A stretch of 64,000 nucleotides of DNA. It comes from Longimicrobiales bacterium. Lineage in GTDB: Bacteria; Gemmatimonadota; Gemmatimonadetes; Longimicrobiales; Gaopeijiaceae. The notes beneath the pieces were generated by a model, which saw only the letters and a list, made by a program, of their open reading frames with translations, had not been told where the DNA came from and did no database searches. Location: assembly GCA_965226375.1 (NCBI GenBank), contig CBDDCX010000008.1, positions 256,001 through 320,000 of the forward strand, given 5' to 3'. This document shows positions 28,983-39,273 of this stretch, piece after piece. Position 1 is the first letter of the stretch. Every line of letters starts with the position of its first letter. The position numbers and the translations under genes are program-made.

Positions 28983-30913
28983 ATGTATCGAGCGCCTTGG
29001 ATGGCCCTGGTCCCCCTACTGACCACCGCTTGCACCGCCCCCGGCCCAACGCAACGGGATTCTCGCGCTCCCGGAGACTTTACGCTCGAGGAGTATGTGT
29101 CACTGAGCTCCCTAGTGGATGGAGCCGTTCCGGATTGGTCTCCGGACGGATCGACCATCCTGTTCTCGGGACGAGGTTCGCTCTGGACCATCGCCGCCGC
29201 CGGGGGGACGCGTAGGGCGATTCCAGTCGAGCCGTTCCGGATTGGTCTCCGGACGGAGGCGCGGGTAGCCCGGCGTTCTCTCCGGATGGGGAGTGGATCG
29301 GATACGTCTCGAGCGCTTCCGGAGATGGGCAGGAGCTCTGGCTCTGGTCCCTGGCTGAGGAGCGCGCGGTGCAGCTTACCGATCTCGGCGCCCGCACCCT
29401 CGCGTGGAGCTGGTCGCCGGATGGCCAGGCCATCGCCTTCTCCAACTCGTTGCGGGGCAACTACGACATCTACACGGTCTCGGTCCCGGACGGGCACGTC
29501 CAACGCGTCACCACCGACACACGCTACGATGTCCAACCCACCTGGACCCCGGACGGATCCTCTATCGTGTACGTCCGCATGGACCAGTGGTGGATTCACC
29601 ACGACGTGATCGCGATCGATGCGGCGACCGGTGCGGGCGAGCGGCTCATCGTGTCCGATCGGAATTGGATGGACTATCGGACGGGTCAGGAGTTCGGGCC
29701 GGGCCAGGTCTCTCCCCGGGGGGACCAGGTGCTCTTCCGCTCCTATCGGAATGGCTGGATCAACTGGTGGGTCGCGCCCATGGACGGCGGTGAGCCATCG
29801 CCGGTGGCGGCCGAAGAAGCCGATCAAAGCTCGCAGAAGCCGTTCCGAGGATATGCGCGCTGGTCTCCCGACGGGGGGTCCATCGCCTACACGTCGAACC
29901 TGCGGGGCAATAAGGTGCTCCGGGTCGCCTCCATAGACGACGGCACAGTGCGCACGCTGTTCGCGCCCGAGATGGGCCTTGTCGCGAATCCGGCCTGGTC
30001 TCCGGACGGGAGCCGTATCGCTGTCACGTTCGACACGCCGCGGCACGTCCCGGATCTGTTCGTCGTGGATGTGGCGAGCGGGGATACCACGCGCTTGACC
30101 AACTCCATGCCGGACGCTTCACTCGCGGAGGCATTCTTCCTTCCCGAGCGAGTGAGCTATGAGAAGGACGGACTCACCATCCACTCCTACCTGTTCCGGC
30201 CGGCCGAGCCTCCACCTCCGGATGGCTACCCGGCCATCGTGTGGGTTCACGGGGGACCCTCGTCCCAGTTCGAAGACGGCTGGCGACGACTGTGGGAGGC
30301 CCACTACTTCGTCAAGCACGGGTATGCGGTGCTGGCTCCCAACATCCGCGGAAGCTCTGGGTTCGGTTGGGAGCACGAGCAGGCAAACAACGGGTGCTGG
30401 GCCAGATGCGACCTGGACGACGTCGTTGCGGGCGCCGAGTACCTCGGCACTCTCCCAGACATGAACGGGGACCGGGTAGCGGTGACCGGCGTGAGCTATG
30501 GAGCGTACCTGAGCTTCGCCGCCAGCACTTTCGCCCCCCATGTGTTCCGGGCCGCGGTTCCCGCCAGGGAGGGTTACGCGAACCGAATCCAACTCGTCGA
30601 GAGCCAGTCCGCCCTGGGGAACATCAACATGTACCAGTACGAGCTGGGTCTTCTCACGGAGAACCGCGAGACGTTTCGGCGGGCCTCACCGACCTTGTAT
30701 GCGCAGGATGCCGGAACGCCCATGCTGATCATCGCCGGTGAGCGCGACAAACAGATGCAGGCGTTTGCGACCGAGGCGGCCCGCTACTACAAGCCGGTTA
30801 CCTATGAGATGTATGAAGACGTGGCGGGCCGGGCGGCTCGTCTCGAGTGGATGCCCAGGATGTTGGCTTTCCTGGACCGCCACGTAAAAGGCGACGTGGA
30901 TCTCTGGCCATAG
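28983..30913 (+). pseudogene. S9-family peptidase lipoprotein with PD40/TolB repeats, frameshifted near 29230
   Basis: Lipobox LTTAC, repeated WSPDG, VHGGP, NIRGSSGFG, GVSYG; the frame changes at a 29-bp internal repeat. Confidence 0.8.
29122..29257 (+). repeat. exact 29-bp direct repeat (29122-29150 and 29229-29257)
   Basis: GAGCCGTTCCGGATTGGTCTCCGGACGGA occurs twice, offset by 107 nt. Confidence 0.9.
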
Positions 30914-30996
30914 CATGGGAGTGGCGAGCCGCCCCCGTTTGCCCAATGTTGCTCCGTCAGCAGCCGATCAACCCAAGACCAACCGAGTAGACAACT

Positions 30997-31188
30997 ATGG
31001 CAGCGTACACCTGTGATAACTGTGGTATGAGCGTGAACATGACCTGCGGAGAGTGCGGAGCGGATCTCGTCCACGACACTCTGACCTTGGATGACGGCGG
31101 CACGGTCGACATCTCCCAGTGCCCCAACGGGCATGGAAAGATCAAGTCACCCATGTGCTGTGCCGAGGACATGACCTGCTCGGTCTAG
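30997..31188 (+). CDS. small Cys-rich putative metal-binding protein (63 aa)
   Basis: CxxC-x7-CxxC...CPxxH...CC-x5-C; 8 Cys; fills the gap between annotated genes. Confidence 0.8.
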   Translation: MAAYTCDNCGMSVNMTCGECGADLVHDTLTLDDGGTVDISQCPNGHGKIKSPMCCAEDMTCSV

Positions 31189-31202
31189 GACAGAGCGAAC
31201 AA

Positions 31203-32711
31203 TCAGCCCCCTCTGGAGAGGCTCGCCTCCAGCTCGTCCAGCGCCACGGGCCAGCGTGGGTGGCGGGCCTCTTTGATTCTCGCCAAGGGGCCGACGACCA
31301 CGGTCACCATCCCTTCCGGGTCCAGGTATTGTTGTGCCATCGCTTTGACATTGGCGGCGGTAACGGCCCGAACCGACCTCGGCCATCCCATCAGCTGATT
31401 GGTGCCCCCACTCCGTACGTGCTCGACGGCATAGGCGCCACTGGCGTTGATAGCCAGCCCCAACGACGGCTGCCAAACGGCGTTCACCAACCAGCCTTGT
31501 GCGCGAGCCACCTCGACCTCGGTCACGGGGGACTGAGGATCGTAGAGACGCTCGACTTCATCCAGGCTGAAGCGGATGAGGGGCGCTACGGCTTCAGGCC
31601 GCCCACCGGTGCGGACGGTGAGCAGGCCGGTTCCCGACCCGGTTATCGGGATCTCGAAGTCGTCCCGGTTCGCCAGGCCGCGCATCTCACGGGCCGCGAT
31701 GTTGAGGCGCTCGGCAAGGATGAAGCGTAGCACGGCCAGGGCGGCTCGGTCTGCACTCGGCACGGCACCGACGGCGCTTCCGATGGCGATCCAGCCCTCG
31801 AGACTCGGCGTGTCGATCGCGTGAAATCGGCCGGGGTCGGCGTTCGGCTCGATCGTCGCTGGGGTCGGCAGTGGCTCGCGTGCGCGCGCCCAGCCTTGGG
31901 TGAGGGTCTCGATGGCCTGCTCGACGGCGTCTCGCGTGGCCGCGCCACCGACGCCCAGCACAACCCTATCCGCTCGCAGGCTACGGGAGGCCAGCGCCCG
32001 GATAGCCGCGAGCGACACCGTGGTCCCTGGTTCTGGCGGAGCCAGAGGATAACCGGCCACTCGGCGCTCGAGCTCGACTTTCGGACGGAAGCCGGCTCCT
32101 CCGGTTCCCGCCATGGGCATCGAGTACCCTGAGCCCACCCGATATTGGCGGACCACGGTGGCATCCACGTCCGGATCCCGGACCAGCTCGACCAGCAGTT
32201 CTAGCCCCAACTGCCAATCCTCCGGTAGGACATCGAGTGAGACCGTCGTGACGTCCAGCGTCTCTTCGGTGGTCAGCGCAGCGCCGAGTTCCGCGAGCCG
32301 TAGGGACAGGGGACGATTCGCTTCGGCCGCGCCTCTCGTCGTAAGGAGTCGGGTCAGGAGCGCCGATGCTCCGGCCTCACCTTTCACTTCCCGCAGTCGC
32401 CCGAGCGGAAGCGCAGCCGTCAGCCGCACGAGCGGATCCGACGGGTCCGTCACGATGTAGGCTTGGACACCGCTGGAGGCCACGAAGAGAGCCACGGTAG
32501 GATCCGGCGGCGTAAATCCGATCGGCCCCAGGTCCAAGTCGTTCGGGTCGGCCCAATCATGTTCCAGGATCGGTCGCGAGTGGCCGGGCAGGATATCCCC
32601 GCCTCCCTCACCGCACGCGGTCGCCGCGAAGACCGCCAGAGCAGCCGCAAGTAACCGACCGCGCCGGCCACGCTCACGTACGACTATTCGGGTCCGCATG
32701 CGGGCCCTCAT
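31203..32711 (-). CDS. M16 peptidase, non-catalytic subunit, lipoprotein
   Basis: M16 fold (RLNIAAREMRGLA, VRAVTAANVKAMAQQYL..VVVG) without HxxEH; lipobox ATAC; ATGA overlap with its partner. Confidence 0.82.
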   Translation of the reverse strand: MRARMRTRIVVRERGRRGRLLAAALAVFAATACGEGGGDILPGHSRPILEHDWADPNDLDLGPIGFTPPDPTVALFVASSGVQAYIVTDPSDPLVRLTAALPLGRLREVKGEAGASALLTRLLTTRGAAEANRPLSLRLAELGAALTTEETLDVTTVSLDVLPEDWQLGLELLVELVRDPDVDATVVRQYRVGSGYSMPMAGTGGAGFRPKVELERRVAGYPLAPPEPGTTVSLAAIRALASRSLRADRVVLGVGGAATRDAVEQAIETLTQGWARAREPLPTPATIEPNADPGRFHAIDTPSLEGWIAIGSAVGAVPSADRAALAVLRFILAERLNIAAREMRGLANRDDFEIPITGSGTGLLTVRTGGRPEAVAPLIRFSLDEVERLYDPQSPVTEVEVARAQGWLVNAVWQPSLGLAINASGAYAVEHVRSGGTNQLMGWPRSVRAVTAANVKAMAQQYLDPEGMVTVVVGPLARIKEARHPRWPVALDELEASLSRGG

Positions 32712-34366
32712 CGTCCGTCTCCCGGCAGGTCGGACCACACGAAGTCGAGCCAGCTCGGCCCACTCCCTTCGGGCGGTTCAGCGCGCGCGACAGCGATCAC
32801 TCGGTTCGACGGTACGAAGTAGGTTTCGGCCACTCGCCTTATATCTTCCGCCGTCGCCGCATCCCTCGCCTCCACCAGAGCGGGCAGCGTGCTCCAGTGG
32901 TTCATCGTGTGGTGGTGTCCGATGAGAAACGCCAACTCCTGGGGATTCGCCAGGAACTCGGCCCATTCGACCCGGAGACGCTTGTGGGCCCGCGCCAGTG
33001 CGGCGGAATCGATTCGGCCCGCACGCAGGTCTTCAAGGGCGGCTAGGAGCCCCCTTTCGACAGCTGCGAGATCCCCATCGGCCTCGGCCCGTGCCACGAG
33101 ATTGAACGCGCCGGGCGAGCCGAAGCGATACGTGTGGATCACGCGGAAGTCGGCCGAAACCGATGCTGACGTGCCGCTCGCAGCGAGCCTTTGTCCGGCG
33201 ACACCGTGGGGCCCGCCCAGCAGGGCGGCAATCAGGTCGAAGACGGGTCGGTCGGGATGTCCCATACCGGGAATGCGGTAGCGGACGTGCACCTGCGGTG
33301 AGAGCCGCTCAGTCCAATCGAGGCGGATCGACCCGCCCGGGACGGGCTCGGCCTCTATGTCCAGGTCGGCCGGTGGCTCGGGGCCCCGGGGGAGCTCCCC
33401 GAAGTAGCGTTCCGCCAGGGGCACCACCTCCGCCATCGTGACGTCGCCCACGAGCACCAGCGCGGCATTGTTCGGCACGAAGTAGTCATCGTAGATCTTC
33501 AGATGAGCCGCCCGAGTGAAGTTTCCGAAGTCTCGAATGTGCCCGCCATCGGGCCGGTACACGGGATGTGCCTGGGCCGTCACCGCGTCGATCGCCTCGT
33601 TGAAGCGCGTCTGCGGCCGGCCTTGTCCTCCCAGGATCTGTTCGAGCACGGTGAAGCGTTGGGCCTCCCAACCCCTGAGGATGGCATTGGCCATGCGGTC
33701 CGCTTCGAGACGGAAGAAGAGCTCCAGGTTCTCCCGGGGGAGCGCCATGTTGATCTCCATGTAGTCCTGCTCGGTGCTGGCTGGTACGGGGTCCGTGTGG
33801 CGCGCATAACCTCCGTGCTGCATGTACGAGTTGTAGGAGGTCCAGAAGTCGCGATACTGGTTGTCTTGATCCTCGAGCTCGTACAGCCGCTCACGGAGCG
33901 CTTGGGTCTCCGGAGTTCCCGGCCACGCCATCTCGTCGATGAACACACCGCGTTCACGAAGCTGATTCCGCTCACGGTTCCTCACGGCGATGAGGTCTTG
34001 TTCGGTATCGTGGATCTCCTGTAGGATCGGCAGCTCGGCGGCAAGATCGCTCGTTCCGACCGTCGTCGTCCCCTGGTGGATGACATGCTCCAGGAAGTGC
34101 GTCATCCCGTGCAACCCGACGGGTTCCTGCATGGACCCGATCCGGATCCAGAGATTGGCGGCCACTCGCGGCATCCTGTCGTCTGCGAGCACGAGGAGCG
34201 TGAACCCGTTGTCGAGCACGTGCTCCTGGATATCCAATGACGGGAGCGGAGACTGGACCGCGGCGGGCGGTCTGTTCTCGACCCCCATTTCGCGAGGTGC
34301 TGTGGACGCGTCGGTGGACAACAAGGCAGCCGACGTGAGGAAGGCGACAGCAAGCAGGATTCTCAT
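32708..34366 (-). CDS. M16 (pitrilysin/insulinase) zinc peptidase, catalytic subunit
   Basis: LDNGFTLL, GMTHFLEH (HxxEH), LEADRM, YFVPNNAALVLVGD; signal peptide. Confidence 0.92.
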   Translation of the reverse strand: MRILLAVAFLTSAALLSTDASTAPREMGVENRPPAAVQSPLPSLDIQEHVLDNGFTLLVLADDRMPRVAANLWIRIGSMQEPVGLHGMTHFLEHVIHQGTTTVGTSDLAAELPILQEIHDTEQDLIAVRNRERNQLRERGVFIDEMAWPGTPETQALRERLYELEDQDNQYRDFWTSYNSYMQHGGYARHTDPVPASTEQDYMEINMALPRENLELFFRLEADRMANAILRGWEAQRFTVLEQILGGQGRPQTRFNEAIDAVTAQAHPVYRPDGGHIRDFGNFTRAAHLKIYDDYFVPNNAALVLVGDVTMAEVVPLAERYFGELPRGPEPPADLDIEAEPVPGGSIRLDWTERLSPQVHVRYRIPGMGHPDRPVFDLIAALLGGPHGVAGQRLAASGTSASVSADFRVIHTYRFGSPGAFNLVARAEADGDLAAVERGLLAALEDLRAGRIDSAALARAHKRLRVEWAEFLANPQELAFLIGHHHTMNHWSTLPALVEARDAATAEDIRRVAETYFVPSNRVIAVARAEPPEGSGPSWLDFVWSDLPGDGR

Positions 34367-34658
34367 CGCTCGAGCCCGGGTCTGCGTGGTGGTTGGATCA
34401 GCGCGTTGACCCCTACAATGCGACATGGCGTGAGCCCGGGCCAGGAGAGGTTAGATGATCCGCAGCCGTTCCTTCAATGGGCCGTCGGATGTGCCCCCCA
34501 CCGGGCTGCCGGAGGTGCGCCTCACGGGGCTGACGGACGTCCTCCTTGCCTCGGGTGACTCGGGCCGTCATGCTGGTGTGGGAAGTCTCGTGCGGTTCCA
34601 CCCGGCATACCGCGTGTGCGGAGGGGACGCTTCAGCTGCGAACCTGGCATAGCGATAT

Positions 34659-36854
34659 GTGTCCATGCTTGAACGCCTAGTACTCCTTACAGCCCTTTGG
34701 ATCCCGGTAGTGGGGCTCCATCCGGGAGGCCTCGTCGGGCAGGCCTCTGGCGGGCCGGGTCCGGTCGAATCCGACTGCCTTGCCTCGTGCCTCTCGGTCC
34801 GGGCAGTGAGGATCGAGACGCCCCCCGACATCGACGGCGTGCTCGATGAGGCGTTTTGGGACGACATCGAGCCCATCACGGACTTCAAGCAGTGGGTCCC
34901 CGTGGACGGAGGAGAGCCGACGGAGCGTACCGAGGTGCGGATCGCCTACGATCGAGACAACCTCTACTTCGGCTTCAAGCTCTTCGACTCGGAACCCGAC
35001 AAGATCATCGCCAACGTGCTGGAGCGTGAGGGAAAGCTTCCGTACAACGACCGGGTGGCCATCGGCCTAGACACCTTCAACGACGACCGGAACGGGTACA
35101 TCTTCGGGTTGAATCCGCTCGGGACCCAGGAGGACGCGCAGTTCACCGACGAGGGATCCGTGTCCTGGGTGTGGGAGAGCGTCTACCACAGCGAGGGGCG
35201 GATTACGGACGAGGGATGGGAGCTCGAGGTGGCCCTTCCGTTCACCACGCTTCGTTTTCCCGCCGCCGATTCGCTCACGATGGGACTCGTCTTGTATCGC
35301 CGGATCCGACGTAAGAACGAAGACGTCTTCTGGCCGCACATCCCCAAGCGCTTCCGGGCCCACATCTCGCAGGCCTCCCAGTACGCGGATCTGGTCGGGC
35401 TGACGGATCTGCGCAGAGGCCGCAACCTCGAGTTCAAGCCCTTTGCCATAGCGGGGGCACAGAAGCTCGACAGTGAGCCCGAGACCGACGTTCTCCGGGA
35501 CTTTGGGCTGGACGTGAAGTATTCCGTCACGTCGAACCTCACGTTGGACCTGACTGCCAACACGGATTTCGCTCAAGCGGAGGCGGACAACGCTCAGGTG
35601 AACCTGACCCGGTTCAGCCTGTTTTTTCCCGAGAAGCGCGAGTTCTTCCTGGAGCGTGCTGGCTTGTTCACGTTCGGCCAGCGACGGGAAACGGAAGCGT
35701 TCTTCAGTCGACGGATCGGCATCGATAACGAGATTCTGGGGGGTGCACGTTTGACCGGGCAGGCAGGCCCGTTCTCGATCGGCCTCCTGGACCTGCAGAC
35801 CCGGGACGCCGAGGGAATTCCGGGAGCCAACAACGCGGTTGCCCGAGTCCGGGTAGATGTCCTGACCAGGACGACCCTCGGCGGGATCTTCACGAATCTG
35901 CAGAACGGCGACGGTCATAATCGGGTCATGGGCGGGGACATCGCACTGCGCTTCTGGAACAGCAGCTCACTGACCGCCTGGGGCGCCAACGTTTCGGACT
36001 CCAGGGATCTGCCGGGGAGCACGTTTGCGGCAGCCGCCGCCTTGGTACTTGCCAACGATCTGTGGCAGACGGGGGCGAGCGTGACGGACATCGGTGAGGG
36101 GTATCAGCCGGCCCTGGGCCTCGTGCGTCGTGGAAACATGCTGCGTTACAAGGGGAACCTTGGCTTTACGCCGCGCTTCGAGGGGAGCACCTGGGCGCGC
36201 CAACTCGACCTGACGGCTGCGGGAACGTACATCGAGGGCCAGGACGGAGAGGAACAGACCACCGAGGTCAGACTCGCCAGCAAGATGATGTTGGAGACGG
36301 AGGACCACCTCACCCTCTCGGGCACGCGCAAGAGCGAAGTGCTGGACGAGCCGTTCAACATCCGACCAGACGTGGTGATCCCGGTGGGACGGTACGAGTT
36401 CAACCAGATCGGTGCGGTCCTGGGCACCAATCGAGGCCGTCCCGTCTTCGGGACATTCACGGTCTCGACCGGGGGCTTCTTCAATGGCGACCGCACGCAG
36501 CTAAAGGGCGAAGTTCGCTGGAGCACCGGTTCCCATCTGGTGCTCATCGCGAGCGCGGATCTCAACAAGATCTCGCTCCCGGTGGAGAACGGCGACTTCA
36601 CCACCACCGTACTCGGACTGACGCCGGAGATCGCGATCAACCGAAAGCTGTTCGCCAACGGCCTCATTCAGTACGACACCGACTCGAAGACGCTCGCGTC
36701 GAACTTCAGGATCGACTGGATCCATACACCGGGCAGCGACCTCTTCCTGGTCTTTAACACGGGGTATCTGATCGGCGATCAATTCGATCCCAACGAGACG
36801 CGATGGACGCAACGGACCGGCATCGTGAAGCTCACGTATCTGAAGACGCTGTGA
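34659..36854 (+). CDS. CBM9-like/DUF5916 outer-membrane protein
   Basis: PDIDGVLDEAFW, NTDFAQAEAD, LFFPEKREFFLE, FFSRRIG; beta-barrel-like C-terminus. Confidence 0.88.
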   Translation: MSMLERLVLLTALWIPVVGLHPGGLVGQASGGPGPVESDCLASCLSVRAVRIETPPDIDGVLDEAFWDDIEPITDFKQWVPVDGGEPTERTEVRIAYDRDNLYFGFKLFDSEPDKIIANVLEREGKLPYNDRVAIGLDTFNDDRNGYIFGLNPLGTQEDAQFTDEGSVSWVWESVYHSEGRITDEGWELEVALPFTTLRFPAADSLTMGLVLYRRIRRKNEDVFWPHIPKRFRAHISQASQYADLVGLTDLRRGRNLEFKPFAIAGAQKLDSEPETDVLRDFGLDVKYSVTSNLTLDLTANTDFAQAEADNAQVNLTRFSLFFPEKREFFLERAGLFTFGQRRETEAFFSRRIGIDNEILGGARLTGQAGPFSIGLLDLQTRDAEGIPGANNAVARVRVDVLTRTTLGGIFTNLQNGDGHNRVMGGDIALRFWNSSSLTAWGANVSDSRDLPGSTFAAAAALVLANDLWQTGASVTDIGEGYQPALGLVRRGNMLRYKGNLGFTPRFEGSTWARQLDLTAAGTYIEGQDGEEQTTEVRLASKMMLETEDHLTLSGTRKSEVLDEPFNIRPDVVIPVGRYEFNQIGAVLGTNRGRPVFGTFTVSTGGFFNGDRTQLKGEVRWSTGSHLVLIASADLNKISLPVENGDFTTTVLGLTPEIAINRKLFANGLIQYDTDSKTLASNFRIDWIHTPGSDLFLVFNTGYLIGDQFDPNETRWTQRTGIVKLTYLKTL

Positions 36855-36885
36855 GTGGAGGAGTTCCTTCCTTCGCCTCACACCC

Positions 36886-37272
36886 TCAGATATCCCACCC
36901 CGCCCTCGCGAGCATCCAGAGATTGATCACCACCACCACGATGGCCGTGATGTAAAACGCCGGGGGTGTCACTGCGGTGGGGGCAGCGAAGAACGCGCCC
37001 CTGACCAGGGTCGGCAGGCGTAGCCCGTGAACGGCCCACACTACCCGGGCGAACCAGACGTTCTGCCACCGGTACAGACCGACGAATACGAAGGCCGTAA
37101 CGAGCGCTCCGGCTCCGAGCCAGAGCCACGGGGACCCGAACCGCTCCGGCAGAAGGCCCGACGTGAGCATACCGTACGCTGCCGATTCGTACAGGATGGC
37201 GACGTGCAGATATACGAAGCCCGCCTGACGGAATTTGGTTGCGCGTTGCGGGGGCCACTCTTGTTTCAGCAC
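36886..37272 (-). CDS. hypothetical membrane protein
   Basis: Four hydrophobic segments; AAGGAG RBS before GTG. Confidence 0.7.
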   Translation of the reverse strand: MLKQEWPPQRATKFRQAGFVYLHVAILYESAAYGMLTSGLLPERFGSPWLWLGAGALVTAFVFVGLYRWQNVWFARVVWAVHGLRLPTLVRGAFFAAPTAVTPPAFYITAIVVVVINLWMLARAGWDI

Positions 37273-37408
37273 GACCTCTCCTTGTGGACGCCAACCATCG
37301 ACGGGAGGGGGTCCCACCGCAAGGCCCCGTGCTTCCGGCGGGTGTGTCCTAATGGGACACTCCCCTCCCGGCTTGTGGTGACATGCGCCCCGGCCGCATC
37401 TTGCGGAC

Positions 37409-38320
37409 ATGCTCTGCCCAATCCGAGATCCGCGCGTCGCGCTCCTCGTGATGCTTGCGCTTCCAGCGCCCGTCTTTGGCCAGGAGTTCCTGAGCGCGAA
37501 TGACGTGGTCGCCATGGAGTCCCCGGCCCCGGACCTGCGTATTCCCTACGGCGAGCATCCGCTGCAATACGGACACCTGCGTCTTCCAGAGGGAGCCGGG
37601 CCGCATCCGGTGCTGGTCTTCATTCATGGTGGATGCTGGCTGTCCGCCTACGACATTGGGCACGTCGGTCAACTGGAAGAGGCCGTCACGGCGGCGGGAT
37701 ATGCGGTGTGGAGCCTCGAGTATCGCCGTGTGGGTGACGAGGGGGGTGGGTGGCCGGGGACGTTTCTCGACATCGCCCGTGGCGTAGATGCTGTCGCCGA
37801 GTTGGCGAGCGAGCATCCGCTTGATCTGAGCAGGGTGATCGCGAGCGGACACTCGGCCGGTGGACACCTCGCCCTTTGGGTCGCCGCCCGGCCACGCATC
37901 CCGAGGTCGAGCGAGCTGTACGCCGCCAGTCCGTTGCCGATCCACGGAGTCCTCGCTCTCGCGCCGGCCGCCGATCTGGAGACCCTCCAGGCCCAGGCGG
38001 TGTGCGGAGGGGTCGTGGACGGGCTCATGGGCGGATCCCCCGAAACAGTGCCGGAGCGCTACGACGCGGCGTCCCCCATGCGCTTGCTGCCGATCGACGT
38101 ACCGCAGCGCATCGTGATCGGCGCGCACGACCGAGCGTGGTCGCCGGGCGGACGCGCGTACTTCGAGCGGGCGGGTGCCGTCGACGGCGCGAGCATCGTG
38201 CTCATGGAGGCCCCCGAGTCCGGACACTTCGAGATGGTGGTTCCGACCACCTCCACGTGGCCCCTTGTTATGCGGGAGCTCGCTGCGCCGTCGTCCGACC
38301 TCGCGCGGGGTGGGGGGTGA
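37409..38320 (+). CDS. alpha/beta hydrolase (esterase/lipase)
   Basis: FIHGGCW, EYRRVG, GHSAGG, GAHD, GHFE. Confidence 0.9.
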   Translation: MLCPIRDPRVALLVMLALPAPVFGQEFLSANDVVAMESPAPDLRIPYGEHPLQYGHLRLPEGAGPHPVLVFIHGGCWLSAYDIGHVGQLEEAVTAAGYAVWSLEYRRVGDEGGGWPGTFLDIARGVDAVAELASEHPLDLSRVIASGHSAGGHLALWVAARPRIPRSSELYAASPLPIHGVLALAPAADLETLQAQAVCGGVVDGLMGGSPETVPERYDAASPMRLLPIDVPQRIVIGAHDRAWSPGGRAYFERAGAVDGASIVLMEAPESGHFEMVVPTTSTWPLVMRELAAPSSDLARGGG

Positions 38321-38323
38321 GGC

Positions 38324-38677
38324 ATGCGTCGATCAGCCCTCGTTCTGGCGACCATCTCGTATCTGGGCGCCTGCGCCTCGTCGACGCCGGTGTCGGCGAG
38401 TTATGCCAGGGACAGGATCACCCAGGAGGATATCCTGGCCACACTCGCTCTGGACGCGTATGATGCCGTCTGGCTTTTGAGGCGTCGGTGGCTCACCGAC
38501 CAGTTGACGATCTATGAGAACGGCACGCTCGTGAGCCAAGGTCCTTCCAGCTTCCTACGCATGCTTCCCATAGAGTATGTTGTGGAAATCCGTTATCTCG
38601 ACCCTGAGATTGCCCGAACGGTCTATGGGTACAACGTCTCTGGCGCAGTATTGGAAGTGGATACGGTGATCCGGTGA
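38324..38677 (+). CDS. small lipoprotein with a TonB-plug-like domain
   Basis: Lipobox LGAC; RITQEDI, VVEIRYL...YG...GAVLEV. Confidence 0.7.
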   Translation: MRRSALVLATISYLGACASSTPVSASYARDRITQEDILATLALDAYDAVWLLRRRWLTDQLTIYENGTLVSQGPSSFLRMLPIEYVVEIRYLDPEIARTVYGYNVSGAVLEVDTVIR

Positions 38678-39204
38678 TGGCTGCCTCGACCGAATCCCTT
38701 GCTCCGCTCCGTGCGGTAGGCGCGCTCCTCCTCCTCACGGCACTCGGCCTTGCCGCGTGCAGTGACGGAACCTCGCCCGGGGGGGACACACCCGGCCCGC
38801 CGTTGATCGAAGGGCCTCTGACGCTAGAGGTCGTGGCTCCGGACTCCAGCATCACCGAGCGCGTGCTCTTTCCCGACTTCACCTACACCTACGTCTGTAC
38901 GTTGAGCTTTCTCGCCAGGCTGACCGGTGGGGATCGGGATAGTGAGATCTACTGGCAGACCGCGGACATCGAGTGGCACTGGCTCTCGGACAACCGGTTC
39001 CGGAACGCCGCCGTATGGTCTTTGGAACAGCTCGAGTTGTTTTGGGGATCCGATCGGATCGCCACGGGGCAGACGCGGGAGTCGCTCATCTGGCAATTCA
39101 TCGGGACGCAGCCGTACCGCCTCGACTTCGCGTTCCACTATCTGATCCAGGGTGATGACAGCCTGCGGACGCACGACACCGCGGTGCGCTGTGTCGGGCC
39201 CTGA
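38677..39204 (+). CDS. hypothetical lipoprotein
   Basis: Lipobox LAAC; coupled to the upstream gene. Confidence 0.7.
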   Translation: MAASTESLAPLRAVGALLLLTALGLAACSDGTSPGGDTPGPPLIEGPLTLEVVAPDSSITERVLFPDFTYTYVCTLSFLARLTGGDRDSEIYWQTADIEWHWLSDNRFRNAAVWSLEQLELFWGSDRIATGQTRESLIWQFIGTQPYRLDFAFHYLIQGDDSLRTHDTAVRCVGP

Positions 39205-39273
39205 CGGGGGCCGCCTACCGCGCTGGACCCTCGGGGCTCCTAAAGGGACCCACTGTACTGCTTCCACAGATCT

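Noticed and set aside
34455..34652. 65-aa ORF between the M16 and DUF5916 genes
   Set aside because: It has a possible RBS but no recognisable motif; likely part of the divergent promoter region
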